Source: Candidatus Omnitrophota bacterium
Lineage (GTDB): Bacteria; Hinthialibacterota; Hinthialibacteria; OLB16
Reading direction: 5' to 3'
DNA: 64,000 nucleotides
Assembly (NCBI GenBank): GCA_020632575.1
Contig: JACKFH010000006.1
Location: 10,117-74,116 of the forward strand
Below, piece after piece: positions 10,801 through 20,265 of this stretch. The notes under the pieces were generated by a model. The model saw nothing but the letters and a program-made list of their open reading frames with translations. It had not been told where the DNA came from and did not search any database. The stretch's first letter is position 1. Each line of letters opens with the position of its first letter. A program made the translations under genes and the position numbers.

Positions 10801-11452
10801 CTTCATGGCTCCAACCCCAACAGAAACTCCCACAGACACCCCGCAGGACACTCCGACGAACACTCACACCCCATCCGAGACCCCAACCCCAAGTCACACC
10901 CCGATGGAGCCGACCGATACTTTCACCCCGACATCAACCGAGACGCCTATTGAAATCCCCACCGACACCCACACTCCCACGCCAACCGAGACGCCCACGG
11001 ACACATCAGTTCGCGAAGGTCTTATCGCGATGGCGGACGCCTATCCCAATCCCGCGGTGAGCGGGCAGTTGGTAACGCTCGATGGAACGGCAAGCACGGG
11101 AGAGCAGGTCAATGGATATTCCTGGGAACAATTGGGTGACAATCCGATGGTGGTCATCACTGCGCCGAATAACGCAACAGCCACCTTCGTGGCCCCGATC
11201 GTATCGGTGACAGAGACCCTCACCTTTCAACTCACAATTTTTGGAGTGGGAGGCAGCCCTCCCTCGTTTCAAGATACAGAACAGGTGACGGTCATTGTTT
11301 TTCCTTTGGAACCCATCGATTTGGACCTGTTTGAAGACAATCGAATTGATTCCCGGGACCTCGTTCTATTCCTGGAGATGTTCGGGCCAAGCGGGCCTTT
11401 CAAATCTGAGGATATCTTTCGCTTTTCAATGGAATGGCTTTCAACCAGGTGA
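7829..11452 (+). CDS. Large secreted multidomain protein: N-terminal right-handed parallel beta-helix, internal double dockerin-like EF-hand module, cohesin-like domain, Thr/Pro-rich linker, PKD-like domain and a short dockerin-like tail
   Basis: Signal peptide. [34 protein letters not shown] beta-helix N-cap motif. Many GG..N turn repeats. [12 protein letters not shown] and [21 protein letters not shown] dockerin-like repeats. [20 protein letters not shown] cohesin-like segment. [30 protein letters not shown] linker. YSWEQ PKD-like segment. C-terminal [18 protein letters not shown]. Confidence 0.8.
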   Translation: [1207 protein letters not shown]

Positions 11453-12058
11453 AGGTGATCGGGGGGACGCTTCATCGGGGGTTTCGTCGTTCTGCGGGGC
11501 TTTAGGCGCCAGCTCAACCAATTGGGCCACAACTTCATCCCCATCCCATTTCGCGCCTCCCACATGGGAATCCAGAATTCTCCCTTCCGAATCCAGGATA
11601 TAGGTGGCGGGGATCCCTTCCGAGGTCCACTTCCGGGCATCCCCCGGACTCCGGAAATACATCGCTTCAGGGTACTCGCGTTTCTCGATAAACGGCCTAA
11701 TCTCCGAGGGTTCCTCGCGCGATACGAAAATCACCTCGACGTTTTTTCCCCGAGTCTTCTCTCCAAGCGAAACAAGACTCGGCATTTCGCTCACACAGGG
11801 TGGGCACCAGGTTGCCCAAAAATTCACTACAAGGACCTTCCCGCTCCAATCCGCGATCGACCGCGCCTCCCCATCGAGAGTCTCGAGGTCCGGGATCTTC
11901 ATTTCCGATCCTCTCGAAACCTCAATATCGGGAGTGGGAAAGAAAGCGCCTCCTGCGAATAACCTCACCAGGATGAATGACCCAAACAATACGAGGAACA
12001 GGACAACAAATGGGTTGAACTTATTTTCGGTCTTAGCGGCGTTCATCTTCTTACTCAT
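11441..12058 (-). CDS. TlpA-family thiol:disulfide oxidoreductase (thioredoxin fold), membrane-anchored
   Basis: WATWCPPC active-site motif and an N-terminal TM anchor. The start could be the TTG at 12079 (TTGA overlap with the upstream stop) or the ATG at 12058. Confidence 0.8.
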   Translation of the reverse strand: MSKKMNAAKTENKFNPFVVLFLVLFGSFILVRLFAGGAFFPTPDIEVSRGSEMKIPDLETLDGEARSIADWSGKVLVVNFWATWCPPCVSEMPSLVSLGEKTRGKNVEVIFVSREEPSEIRPFIEKREYPEAMYFRSPGDARKWTSEGIPATYILDSEGRILDSHVGGAKWDGDEVVAQLVELAPKAPQNDETPDEASPRSPSPG

Positions 12059-12075
12059 TTTGGCGTCCCGCCCAA

Positions 12076-13230
12076 TCAATGGAGATCGGAACGTGGGGAC
12101 AGATCGATCCCTTCCATTTGATGGACTCGGTTTGGAGTGAAAGGCGAGACATCAAAAGAGAGGGGCTTTCCGAGCATCGATTCCGCCACCACCCTTGCGG
12201 TAATTGGGGACAAAATGATCCCGCTACGATAATGACCCGTCGCGCAGAGGAAACCCTCCAGCCCCTCAAAGGGACCGATAAAAGGCAAGCCATCCAATGT
12301 TAGCGGCCGAAAACCATGCCAGACATCTTCCACAGAGGATTTGTCCAAACAGGGGAAGAATCCTTTCGCGCTGGTCAGCAGGTGCGCGATCCCCTCAAGC
12401 GTGTTCCGCCTTTGGAATCCAACCCACTCCTCGGTCGATCCCACCACGATCCGCCCTTCATCGCGCGGCGTGAGATAGGTCTTGCCGTAATGGACAATGT
12501 GTTCGACCGGTCTCGATCGGTCGTTTAAGAGGATAATCTGCCCCTTCACCGGAACGCCGGGGATCTCCCTTCCCAGAAGTTGCGAAAGCGCCTGACTCCA
12601 GGGGCCCGCCGCTAGGATGACCGTGTCCGCGAAGCATTCCTCCCGGTCGGTTTTCACCCCAACCACCCGGTCCCCCTCGGTGATAAAACCCAGAACTTCG
12701 GTGTGGGTTTCGAGTTTCGCCCCTTTTTTAAGCGCCGAGGTCAGCAAAGCCCGAGTAAACCAAGGGGTGCGAACTTGGGTGAATTTTGGGAAAAGGGCGC
12801 CATGCTCGATCTCATCGGTCAGGTTCGGTTCCATCCGTCGCAGGTCAGATGCCGACAAACGCTCCACCTCAATGCCATATTTGCGCTGCCACCCGAGAAA
12901 TTCCTCGGACTGAGCAATATCCTCCTCGGTCGGAAACAGGTCGATTCCACCAGTCTTCCGAAACCCGGAGTCGATGCCAGTCTCCTCCCGGAGTTCGGAG
13001 CAAAGGTCCTCGAACATTCCAAGGCTCTGTTGTTTGAAGGCGAGTAAGGGCCCCTCCTCAGCTTCGTTGGCCCGGGCAATCAATGCCCCGGCCGCGGCCC
13101 ATGAGGCCTCGCGGCACGGTTCGCCTCTCTCCAGAATCGTGGATGAAATTCCCTCTTGGGCGAGTTCCCGCGCGATCGCGCATCCGATCACTCCCCCTCC
13201 AACAATAAGCACCTCGGTTTGAATCGACAT
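12076..13230 (-). CDS. FAD-dependent oxidoreductase, DAO family (glycine oxidase ThiO-like)
   Basis: N-terminal VLIVGGGVIGCAIARELA dinucleotide-binding motif. ATG at 13230 has an upstream GGAG. The listed TTG at 13251 is less likely. Confidence 0.75.
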   Translation of the reverse strand: MSIQTEVLIVGGGVIGCAIARELAQEGISSTILERGEPCREASWAAAGALIARANEAEEGPLLAFKQQSLGMFEDLCSELREETGIDSGFRKTGGIDLFPTEEDIAQSEEFLGWQRKYGIEVERLSASDLRRMEPNLTDEIEHGALFPKFTQVRTPWFTRALLTSALKKGAKLETHTEVLGFITEGDRVVGVKTDREECFADTVILAAGPWSQALSQLLGREIPGVPVKGQIILLNDRSRPVEHIVHYGKTYLTPRDEGRIVVGSTEEWVGFQRRNTLEGIAHLLTSAKGFFPCLDKSSVEDVWHGFRPLTLDGLPFIGPFEGLEGFLCATGHYRSGIILSPITARVVAESMLGKPLSFDVSPFTPNRVHQMEGIDLSPRSDLH

Positions 13231-13365
13231 AACATGAGACTCCAATTTCAAGGGATGCCCCTATTTTAGGACGCTCACCGCTGATGGAGAACCCTTGCGC
13301 CTTCCGCCCTCCCCATTGTGGACCTCCAACTCCTCCCGCATAATCGAGAAAACTCGGAATTATAT

Positions 13366-14751
13366 ATGACGACAGACATGGAAGAATACGAACGAGAACC
13401 CTTGGATTCCTTTTCTCTGAAGCGGTCCCCCTTGGTCCTCCTCCTCTTGATCGTGGGGGTTGTGGTTCGTTTTTTTGTGATTGAATATTTCGAGAACTCC
13501 CCGCTGACCGACGCTGAGAAGATTTACACTCAGGTCGGTGAAAATTGGGTGGGAACCTATGGATTGTCCATCGATGGTCAACCCACCGCGGCGGTGATGC
13601 CCGCCTACCCAATCCTTCTAGGGCTTCAGAAATGGCTCTATTCCGATTCCTGGCAACCGATCATCTGGCTGCAGATCGTCTTAGGCGCCCTCTCCGCCTG
13701 GCTCGGAGCGCGCATTGCCTGGAAAGTTTATCGCCAACCCGTCGCCTTTTGGGCCGCTTTCCTTATCCTCCTTCTCCACCCCGCTTTTTGCGCGATGTGT
13801 GGGAAGATCGAGCCGCTTTGCATCGCCACCTTTCTCTTCTTGCTCGGCGTCTGGTTTCTCACCTTTGTCTTCCGACCGTCTTTTCACCTCTTTTATTTCC
13901 TCATGGCCGCCGGGACTTTTTCGTTGGCCCTCTACTTCTCTCTCAAAATTCTGGTCATCGTCCCGCTACTCGCTTTGGGCATCGGCTTTTTGGCTTACGA
14001 AAGAATGGTCGGAGTGCTCGGAGGGATCACTGTCTGCCTCGCTTTATTGGTCGCTTTGATGCCCTGGATGGGTCGCAACCTGATCGTCATGGGGACCTTT
14101 ATTCCCCTGACCACCAGCCTCCCCGGCCAGATCGAAACCGCGCTGGTCAACCGCAACGAGCCCAGCGCCGGACAGATTAAGATCTCCTCAGGCAAGGGAG
14201 AGCTCGATGACTACCAACGATCCCTCGATCGAATCCCAGAGGAAATCAAAAGAGTCGGAGTCGGAGATTGGTTCGGAACTCTGGCGGGCGCGTTCACCAG
14301 TTGGTGGAGCGATTACCCCGTTCTCTTTCAGAAACTCCACACAGGCTCGAACATACTGGTGAGGACTGTCTTGTTCACCTTGGGAATCACTCTGTTCTTT
14401 CTCGCCTTGATCGGAATTCTGCCGACTTTGAACATGGGACAAACTTGGGTCTTTCTCATCGCCCTCTGCGCTTTCGGATTCCAGATCTCTTTTCTCGCCT
14501 CCCCACCCTATTACCACCTTCTCGGTTTTCCACTCTTAATCCTGTTCACCGCGCGGGGAGTCTCACAGATCGCGGTCTTATTCACTAAAAACTGGCGGTC
14601 AACCGAACCCGAGTCCGGTCCCCCAAAACCGACCTGGAAGAGCGAAACCGAGTACGAATACGAGGATCCCTACCTCGAACCGATCAAGGGACCCCAAAAG
14701 GTTTTCGACGATTCGGAGGAGGAGGACTCGAAGCCCGGTCCGCTCTTCTGA
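13366..14751 (+). CDS. GT-C fold membrane glycosyltransferase, PMT_2/ArnT (GT39/GT83)-like
   Basis: About 11 TM helices. The first periplasmic loop carries a DAE...SIDGQPTAAVMPAYPILL motif resembling the ArnT/PMT DE-loop. The start is uncertain (ATG 13366 or 13378). Confidence 0.65.
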   Translation: MTTDMEEYEREPLDSFSLKRSPLVLLLLIVGVVVRFFVIEYFENSPLTDAEKIYTQVGENWVGTYGLSIDGQPTAAVMPAYPILLGLQKWLYSDSWQPIIWLQIVLGALSAWLGARIAWKVYRQPVAFWAAFLILLLHPAFCAMCGKIEPLCIATFLFLLGVWFLTFVFRPSFHLFYFLMAAGTFSLALYFSLKILVIVPLLALGIGFLAYERMVGVLGGITVCLALLVALMPWMGRNLIVMGTFIPLTTSLPGQIETALVNRNEPSAGQIKISSGKGELDDYQRSLDRIPEEIKRVGVGDWFGTLAGAFTSWWSDYPVLFQKLHTGSNILVRTVLFTLGITLFFLALIGILPTLNMGQTWVFLIALCAFGFQISFLASPPYYHLLGFPLLILFTARGVSQIAVLFTKNWRSTEPESGPPKPTWKSETEYEYEDPYLEPIKGPQKVFDDSEEEDSKPGPLF

Positions 14752-14755
14752 TCCG

Positions 14756-17029
14756 ATGAAGAATCGAGAAACGCTTCTCTCCCTGATCTTCCTGACAGTC
14801 GCATTATCCATCCTGTTCGCCCCGGTTCTCTTAAGGGGGGAGACCTTTGCTTTGGGCGATGTTCCCGACCAGTTCCTTCCCTGGCGGATCTTCACTGCCG
14901 AGGAAATCGCGGATGGCCGCATCCCCCTTTGGAATCCCTATACCTTTTGCGGATCCCCTTTCCTCGCCAACATGCAGTCCGCCGTCCTATATCCAATCGA
15001 CCGGGCGGTCGATCTCTTTTTCCAACCGGAACAAGGCGTCGGAATCGGAATGATCCTGCACCTCTTCCTGGGTGGGTTCTTTCTCTTTCTCCTTGCGCGT
15101 TCATTCGGCGCTTCGGAGCTCCCCTCGGGGATCGTCGCCATTGGATACGCCCTCGGTGGTTTCCACGCCATCCATTTCCTTGGAGGCAATCTGCTCACGA
15201 TCACATCGTCCATCTACCTCCCCGGGCACCTCTGGGTTGTTCACTCCCTACGAAAGCGAATCGAGGAGGGAAGGAGGATGGGTTATCTCCCCTTGATCGG
15301 AGTCCTGCTCGCCGTCCTCCAGGTCCTTTCAGGCCACGCCCAAATGACCTTTTACAACGCTTTCTTTGTGGGCGTGTTTTTCGTTTTGAATCTCATTCAA
15401 ATGAAATCTGATCGATCGAGACTCATCGGAATTCTCTCGGGGATCGCGCTCTGCGCGGCTCTCCTCGCCGCTCCGCAGATCCTTCCCACACTCGAATACT
15501 CGCGTCACGCTTCACGGACTGGGACTCTTCCATACCTTCCCGCAACCGAGTTTTCGTTTGGGTGGGAGTTTCTCGCCTCATTCCTCCTCCCCGAATATTT
15601 GGGAACCCGCGCCGACCTTTACACCCCGCTGCGGGCGGACACCTATTGGGGGGACTGGAAGAACTGGTCGGCCGTCTATATCGGCCTCCTCCCCGCCCTC
15701 GGTTTCCTTTCATTCTTCATCTTCCGTTCCCCCTCCCCGCCATGCGGGGAGGGGGCTAGAGGGAGGGGTTCCGAAATTGGTTGGAGGGGTTCCGCCCTCA
15801 CCCTCCTACTCCCACTGCTCCTCATCGCCCTCGTCCTTTCCCTTGGCCGCAACACCCCCATCTACTGGTATGTCCACCACTACGCCCCGCTCTTCGGCAA
15901 GTTCCGGGCGCCTTCGAAATTCCTCCCTGGAGTGATTGTCCCCTTCGCGGTGATTGGAGCGCTCGGCCTCAACTCCCTCTTCTTTCGATTGAGCCAAATC
16001 CGGATGTGTCACAAACGCGCCTTCGCATGGGGCGGAGTCGCCATCTTCGCTGGAGGGCTGCTGTTCGGGTATTCGATGAATTCAGACTTTCTCAGTACAC
16101 CCGTTGAGAAAGGGGAGGTTGTATGGCGGGAGGCTCTCCGGTTTCTCTCCATGCTCGCGATGACTGTCGGAGTCCTCCTTTTTTATGTCCGCTCTCAGCG
16201 CCCCAAGAAAACCGAATTCGACATCTGGCTCGCGCAGCTGGCGCTATTGCTTCTCATATCGTTCGATGTCGGAGCCTACTGCCAGAAGTATCTGGTCTTT
16301 GGATCGTACGACCGCATAAAAGTCTTTCCCTCGGAATGGGTCCGGTCCGAGATCGGCGCAAACGGTCGGCTCCTCGTCTCGCCGGAGGTTCCTCAACTCG
16401 ATAACTGTGTCCCGGACAGGATTCTGACCGCGGGCGGATACGATCCCTTTCAGGTGGGGGATTATGTGGACTACTTCCGCGAAAAGGGTCAATTCGCCGA
16501 GGGTCAGATCCCCGACAGCTGGTCCCCAACTCTCGGTTCCGCCGAGGAACTGGGTGTCACCCACGTGCTCACTACCCGGGCGCTCAATTCCCCCCTGGTC
16601 GAACCCGACAAAAAGAATGGCCCTTGGATGTTGTACCGGGTTCTCGAGACCCAACCCCTGATTCAATTCGTTCCAGATGATAAGGTGGAATCCGCAACCG
16701 ATGTCTCCCTCTCGTTCGGCTGGGATGTTGGGACGCTACGAGTATCAGGGACTGCGCCGACCGAGGGCCGCTTACTAATTCGCAACGTGTATATGCCCGG
16801 GTGGTATGCGACCATTCCAAGGGCTGAAGAGATCCCGGTCGAAATGTCACCGCCCTTCTGGCAATCCTTCCCGGTCAAGGCCGGCGATTTCGACTACTCA
16901 TTGGAGTACCGCCCCGATTCCTGGAAATGGGGAATCCGTTTTTTTTGGGTGGGGGTTTTTGTTTGTTGCATTTTTCTTTTCTATCTTCGATTCGACATCC
17001 GATCAGTTGGGGGCGACACCGGGAACTGA
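14756..17029 (+). CDS. YfhO-family membrane protein (GT-C-type glycosyltransferase that uses undecaprenyl-phosphate-linked sugar donors)
   Basis: 757 aa, poly-topic with a large C-terminal extracytoplasmic domain. It starts 4 nt after the preceding GT-C gene, so they form an operon. Confidence 0.65.
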   Translation: MKNRETLLSLIFLTVALSILFAPVLLRGETFALGDVPDQFLPWRIFTAEEIADGRIPLWNPYTFCGSPFLANMQSAVLYPIDRAVDLFFQPEQGVGIGMILHLFLGGFFLFLLARSFGASELPSGIVAIGYALGGFHAIHFLGGNLLTITSSIYLPGHLWVVHSLRKRIEEGRRMGYLPLIGVLLAVLQVLSGHAQMTFYNAFFVGVFFVLNLIQMKSDRSRLIGILSGIALCAALLAAPQILPTLEYSRHASRTGTLPYLPATEFSFGWEFLASFLLPEYLGTRADLYTPLRADTYWGDWKNWSAVYIGLLPALGFLSFFIFRSPSPPCGEGARGRGSEIGWRGSALTLLLPLLLIALVLSLGRNTPIYWYVHHYAPLFGKFRAPSKFLPGVIVPFAVIGALGLNSLFFRLSQIRMCHKRAFAWGGVAIFAGGLLFGYSMNSDFLSTPVEKGEVVWREALRFLSMLAMTVGVLLFYVRSQRPKKTEFDIWLAQLALLLLISFDVGAYCQKYLVFGSYDRIKVFPSEWVRSEIGANGRLLVSPEVPQLDNCVPDRILTAGGYDPFQVGDYVDYFREKGQFAEGQIPDSWSPTLGSAEELGVTHVLTTRALNSPLVEPDKKNGPWMLYRVLETQPLIQFVPDDKVESATDVSLSFGWDVGTLRVSGTAPTEGRLLIRNVYMPGWYATIPRAEEIPVEMSPPFWQSFPVKAGDFDYSLEYRPDSWKWGIRFFWVGVFVCCIFLFYLRFDIRSVGGDTGN

Positions 17030-17121
17030 AAAAACTATCGAGATCCTGCTAGACCTGCTCCCTATATCCGATATAGAATACTTTGACATGAAACGATATC
17101 TTGGCTAGTCGAGGATCCCTA

Positions 17122-18945
17122 ATGCCTACGCCGATCCCGCGGTGTTTCATCTGGCTCTCAGTGGCGTGTCTCTCCTTCGGAACGCCCTCTCAGGCGAGGA
17201 CTCTAGTGGTTCGCCAAAACGGAACCGGAAACGCGACCACAATCAACCAAGCCTTGGAGATGCTCGACTACGACGACGGCGAGGCGGATCTCATCCTGAT
17301 CGGCCCGGGTGAATATGACGAACAACTCGCTCTGAAGGGGAACGCGGGAGTCGATTCCCAAATGTTCCCTAACACTTTTAACCTGACTCCAACCACTCTC
17401 GAGAGAGCCTTCCAAAGTCACCCAGACCCCCTGGCGCTTCGCGGAGAAGACCCCAATAATCCGCCGGTTTTCCTCGTTCGGGACGCATCGATTCAAACCT
17501 ATGGCTTCTTTCCCTCCGATAGGTTTAATTCTTTCGAATCGCAAATCGTTCACTGCGGGAATGGGATCGCGATCGAAAATATCGAAATACGGCACACCCT
17601 TGTGAACGGCTATGCTCTCAATGGTCAAGCGGCTGGAATCGAATATAAGGATTGCCTCTTCACGAATGGCCTGAGTTCATCTGACTTGGGTGAGGATTTC
17701 TTTGACGCGAGCAACAATGTGGAAATCACCTCGATGATCAATCCCGAAATTTCGGCGGACAATGGTTACCTCTTCGAAAACTGTCTAATGGATGGAAAGA
17801 GTCTTGTCGATGAATCGTTTCACGATTATGCCTTCAGCTATTTCCATGGGTACGATTTGGACGGCGCCCTAATCGGCAGAGAGGCAGTCGGCGGAATCGT
17901 ATACCAGGGATGTGTGGTTAAGAATTGGGACGATTCGGTCCACTGGTTGCGCGGCCGGGAGGTGCTCGCGCGCGGTTTGGGCCTGAGCATGGTGCAGGAT
18001 TGCTTTTTCGCTAACGTTCGTAATCCGGTTAGATGGGATGGCAACCAAGGTCCACGAGTCTTCAACCGAAACGTTGTTTACTTTTCGGAGGAACCTTGGA
18101 TACAAGTCCGCGAACGATCTGGAGGCAGACCAAGCGAGGTTTACATCGCGAACAGCATCTTTTCGGGCAGCATCGACCCAATCGGGGGTGTCCGTATCGA
18201 CCTGCGCGAGGAAAACATATCCCCCTCGAATGATTCCGAGGTTTGGATTGTCAACAACACCTTTCACGATTATTCCGACTACGCCATCCATGTCGAAGGA
18301 TCTTTTCCACGCGCCGCGGGAATGATCGCAAACAACATCTTTCAAGGCAGTGACGAAATGCCCCAGGGAATCGCCATTGGGATCGACGATCCAGCGACGA
18401 ATGTCTCGATCCTAACCAATCTCTTCTCTAACAATCTGGTCAACGTTCAAGGAATCCCCGATGTGGAGGAAGGCTCTTGCGATCACGACCCAGAATTCAA
18501 TTCCACGGAGATCGTAATACCGGAAGACCCGATTGGATTTGGGAGTTACCCTCCCGCTCGACAGAACTTCGAGCCATTCGCGTATCCTCTGTATAACTCC
18601 GGGACTCTAGGTGTTTATGCTGAAGTGGCTCATTACGCGGGAAATCTCGATGTTGACCAGACTCACAGTCGTTACCAAATTTGCGGCTTCGACGAAACTT
18701 ATGAAAGCTACATCCATTGCCCAGGCGTGGGGGCGCAGGGAATAACCGGTCCCGATTTCTTTCCTTTTAATCGCAGTGAACCCGGGCATGGAAAGACTTT
18801 CGATTCGGACTTTCTCTGTGAGCCAACGCCGATTTCCGTCCCGACCTTCGTTAGTGAACGATCCGATGTGAACGTCGACGGTGTCGTGAACGAGACGGAT
18901 CTCCTGCTTCTCCTACAGGATTGGGGGCGGGTCAGCGGTCCCTAA
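17122..18945 (+). CDS. Secreted right-handed beta-helix protein with C-terminal dockerin-like module
   Basis: Signal peptide MPTPIPRCFIWLSVACLSFGTPSQA. The C-terminus SDVNVDGVVNETDLLLLLQDWG matches a dockerin calcium-binding repeat. Confidence 0.75.
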   Translation: MPTPIPRCFIWLSVACLSFGTPSQARTLVVRQNGTGNATTINQALEMLDYDDGEADLILIGPGEYDEQLALKGNAGVDSQMFPNTFNLTPTTLERAFQSHPDPLALRGEDPNNPPVFLVRDASIQTYGFFPSDRFNSFESQIVHCGNGIAIENIEIRHTLVNGYALNGQAAGIEYKDCLFTNGLSSSDLGEDFFDASNNVEITSMINPEISADNGYLFENCLMDGKSLVDESFHDYAFSYFHGYDLDGALIGREAVGGIVYQGCVVKNWDDSVHWLRGREVLARGLGLSMVQDCFFANVRNPVRWDGNQGPRVFNRNVVYFSEEPWIQVRERSGGRPSEVYIANSIFSGSIDPIGGVRIDLREENISPSNDSEVWIVNNTFHDYSDYAIHVEGSFPRAAGMIANNIFQGSDEMPQGIAIGIDDPATNVSILTNLFSNNLVNVQGIPDVEEGSCDHDPEFNSTEIVIPEDPIGFGSYPPARQNFEPFAYPLYNSGTLGVYAEVAHYAGNLDVDQTHSRYQICGFDETYESYIHCPGVGAQGITGPDFFPFNRSEPGHGKTFDSDFLCEPTPISVPTFVSERSDVNVDGVVNETDLLLLLQDWGRVSGP

Positions 18946-18996
18946 GTTCGTTCTTCCCTCCCCATTTTGATCTTTTCCGCTATATTGAAACTCCGA

Positions 18997-20265
18997 ATGA
19001 ACACTCAGAGAAAACCGCGTATCGCGTTTATCGATTTGACTTTCAACTGGCCGCCGGTGGGGGGATGCTGGGTCGATCTCATGCAGATCTGCTCGCGCCT
19101 TCAGAGCCGAGGTTTCGAGACCAAACTCTTTGTCCCGGTCTGGACCGACTATTATCCGCGCGGGCGTATCGAATCCGATCTCCCTTTTCCGGTCGAGAAG
19201 ATCCATTTCAGCCGTTTCACCTTCAACGCTTACCACCTGCGAAAACGATTTGGCAAAGCGGTCGGCGAGTGGAAACCCGACTATGTTTTCCTCGGCGATG
19301 GGTACCATCTGAAACCGCATCTGCTCGACCATTTCTCAAAGAAGGTCCCGACTTATTGCCGGCTCTACGCCTACGATGTCAATTGCCTGAACCTTCATTA
19401 CTGGCTCTATGACGAGGGACGAATTTGTGACGGCGGTTTTTTGACCGACCCCGACCGATGTCACCGCTGCTGGCACCCGGGGAAATCCTTTTATAAGCGC
19501 GCGGCGAAGATTGCCCTGGGTTATCCCGACCAGCATCCTCAACTTCATTTTTCGCAGGAGTACATGAGTTCCCTCGCCTTCACGGGCTGGTATCGAAAGC
19601 GGCTCCCCGAGTGGTTGGCTCGAGCTGAGGGGTTGATTGTGTACAACGAGTTCACCGCGGACTTCTTCCGTCCGATCACCGACAAGATCCATGTCATCCC
19701 CTCCGGAATCGACACCGCCCGATTCCAACCGGTTGAGAAACAGAACAGAGAGCGGCCTGTCCTATTCGTTCCGGGCCGAGTCAATGACGAACTCAAAGGT
19801 TTTTCGACTGTGTTCGAGGCCTGCAAGAAACTCCGCGAAGAGGGGTTCGATTTCGAGGTCCGAATCACCGCCGCTTTCGACATGCATTTCGAGGAGAAAT
19901 GGATCGTCAACCTTGGGTGGGTCCCTCAAGAAAAAGTCCCAAGCCTGTACGATGAAGTCGACATCGCCATTGTTCCCAGTCTCTGGGTCGAGCCCTTCGG
20001 CATCACCACCCTTGAGGCGATGGCTTCCGGAGTGCCGGTGGTTGGCTCCAAGATTGGGGGCATTGCTGAGACCCTGGTCGATGGAGAGACCGGGCTGCAC
20101 TATCCATCGGGCGATTCAGGCCGATTGGCAGAATCCCTCAAGAAACTCCTGGAGTCTCCCGACTTCCGCAAACAATTTGGAGAGTCGGGGAGAAAACGCG
20201 CGGTCGAGGTCTACGATTGGGAGCGAGTGGTCGATAACCACTACATGGACCTCTTTCGATCATGA
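18997..20265 (+). CDS. Glycosyltransferase family 4 (GT-B) with a Cys-rich insertion
   Basis: C-terminal Glycos_transf_1 signature (EPFGITTLEAMASGVPVVGSKIGGIAETLVDGETG). The insert CDGGFLTDPDRCHRCWH is a possible Zn site. Confidence 0.8.
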   Translation: MNTQRKPRIAFIDLTFNWPPVGGCWVDLMQICSRLQSRGFETKLFVPVWTDYYPRGRIESDLPFPVEKIHFSRFTFNAYHLRKRFGKAVGEWKPDYVFLGDGYHLKPHLLDHFSKKVPTYCRLYAYDVNCLNLHYWLYDEGRICDGGFLTDPDRCHRCWHPGKSFYKRAAKIALGYPDQHPQLHFSQEYMSSLAFTGWYRKRLPEWLARAEGLIVYNEFTADFFRPITDKIHVIPSGIDTARFQPVEKQNRERPVLFVPGRVNDELKGFSTVFEACKKLREEGFDFEVRITAAFDMHFEEKWIVNLGWVPQEKVPSLYDEVDIAIVPSLWVEPFGITTLEAMASGVPVVGSKIGGIAETLVDGETGLHYPSGDSGRLAESLKKLLESPDFRKQFGESGRKRAVEVYDWERVVDNHYMDLFRS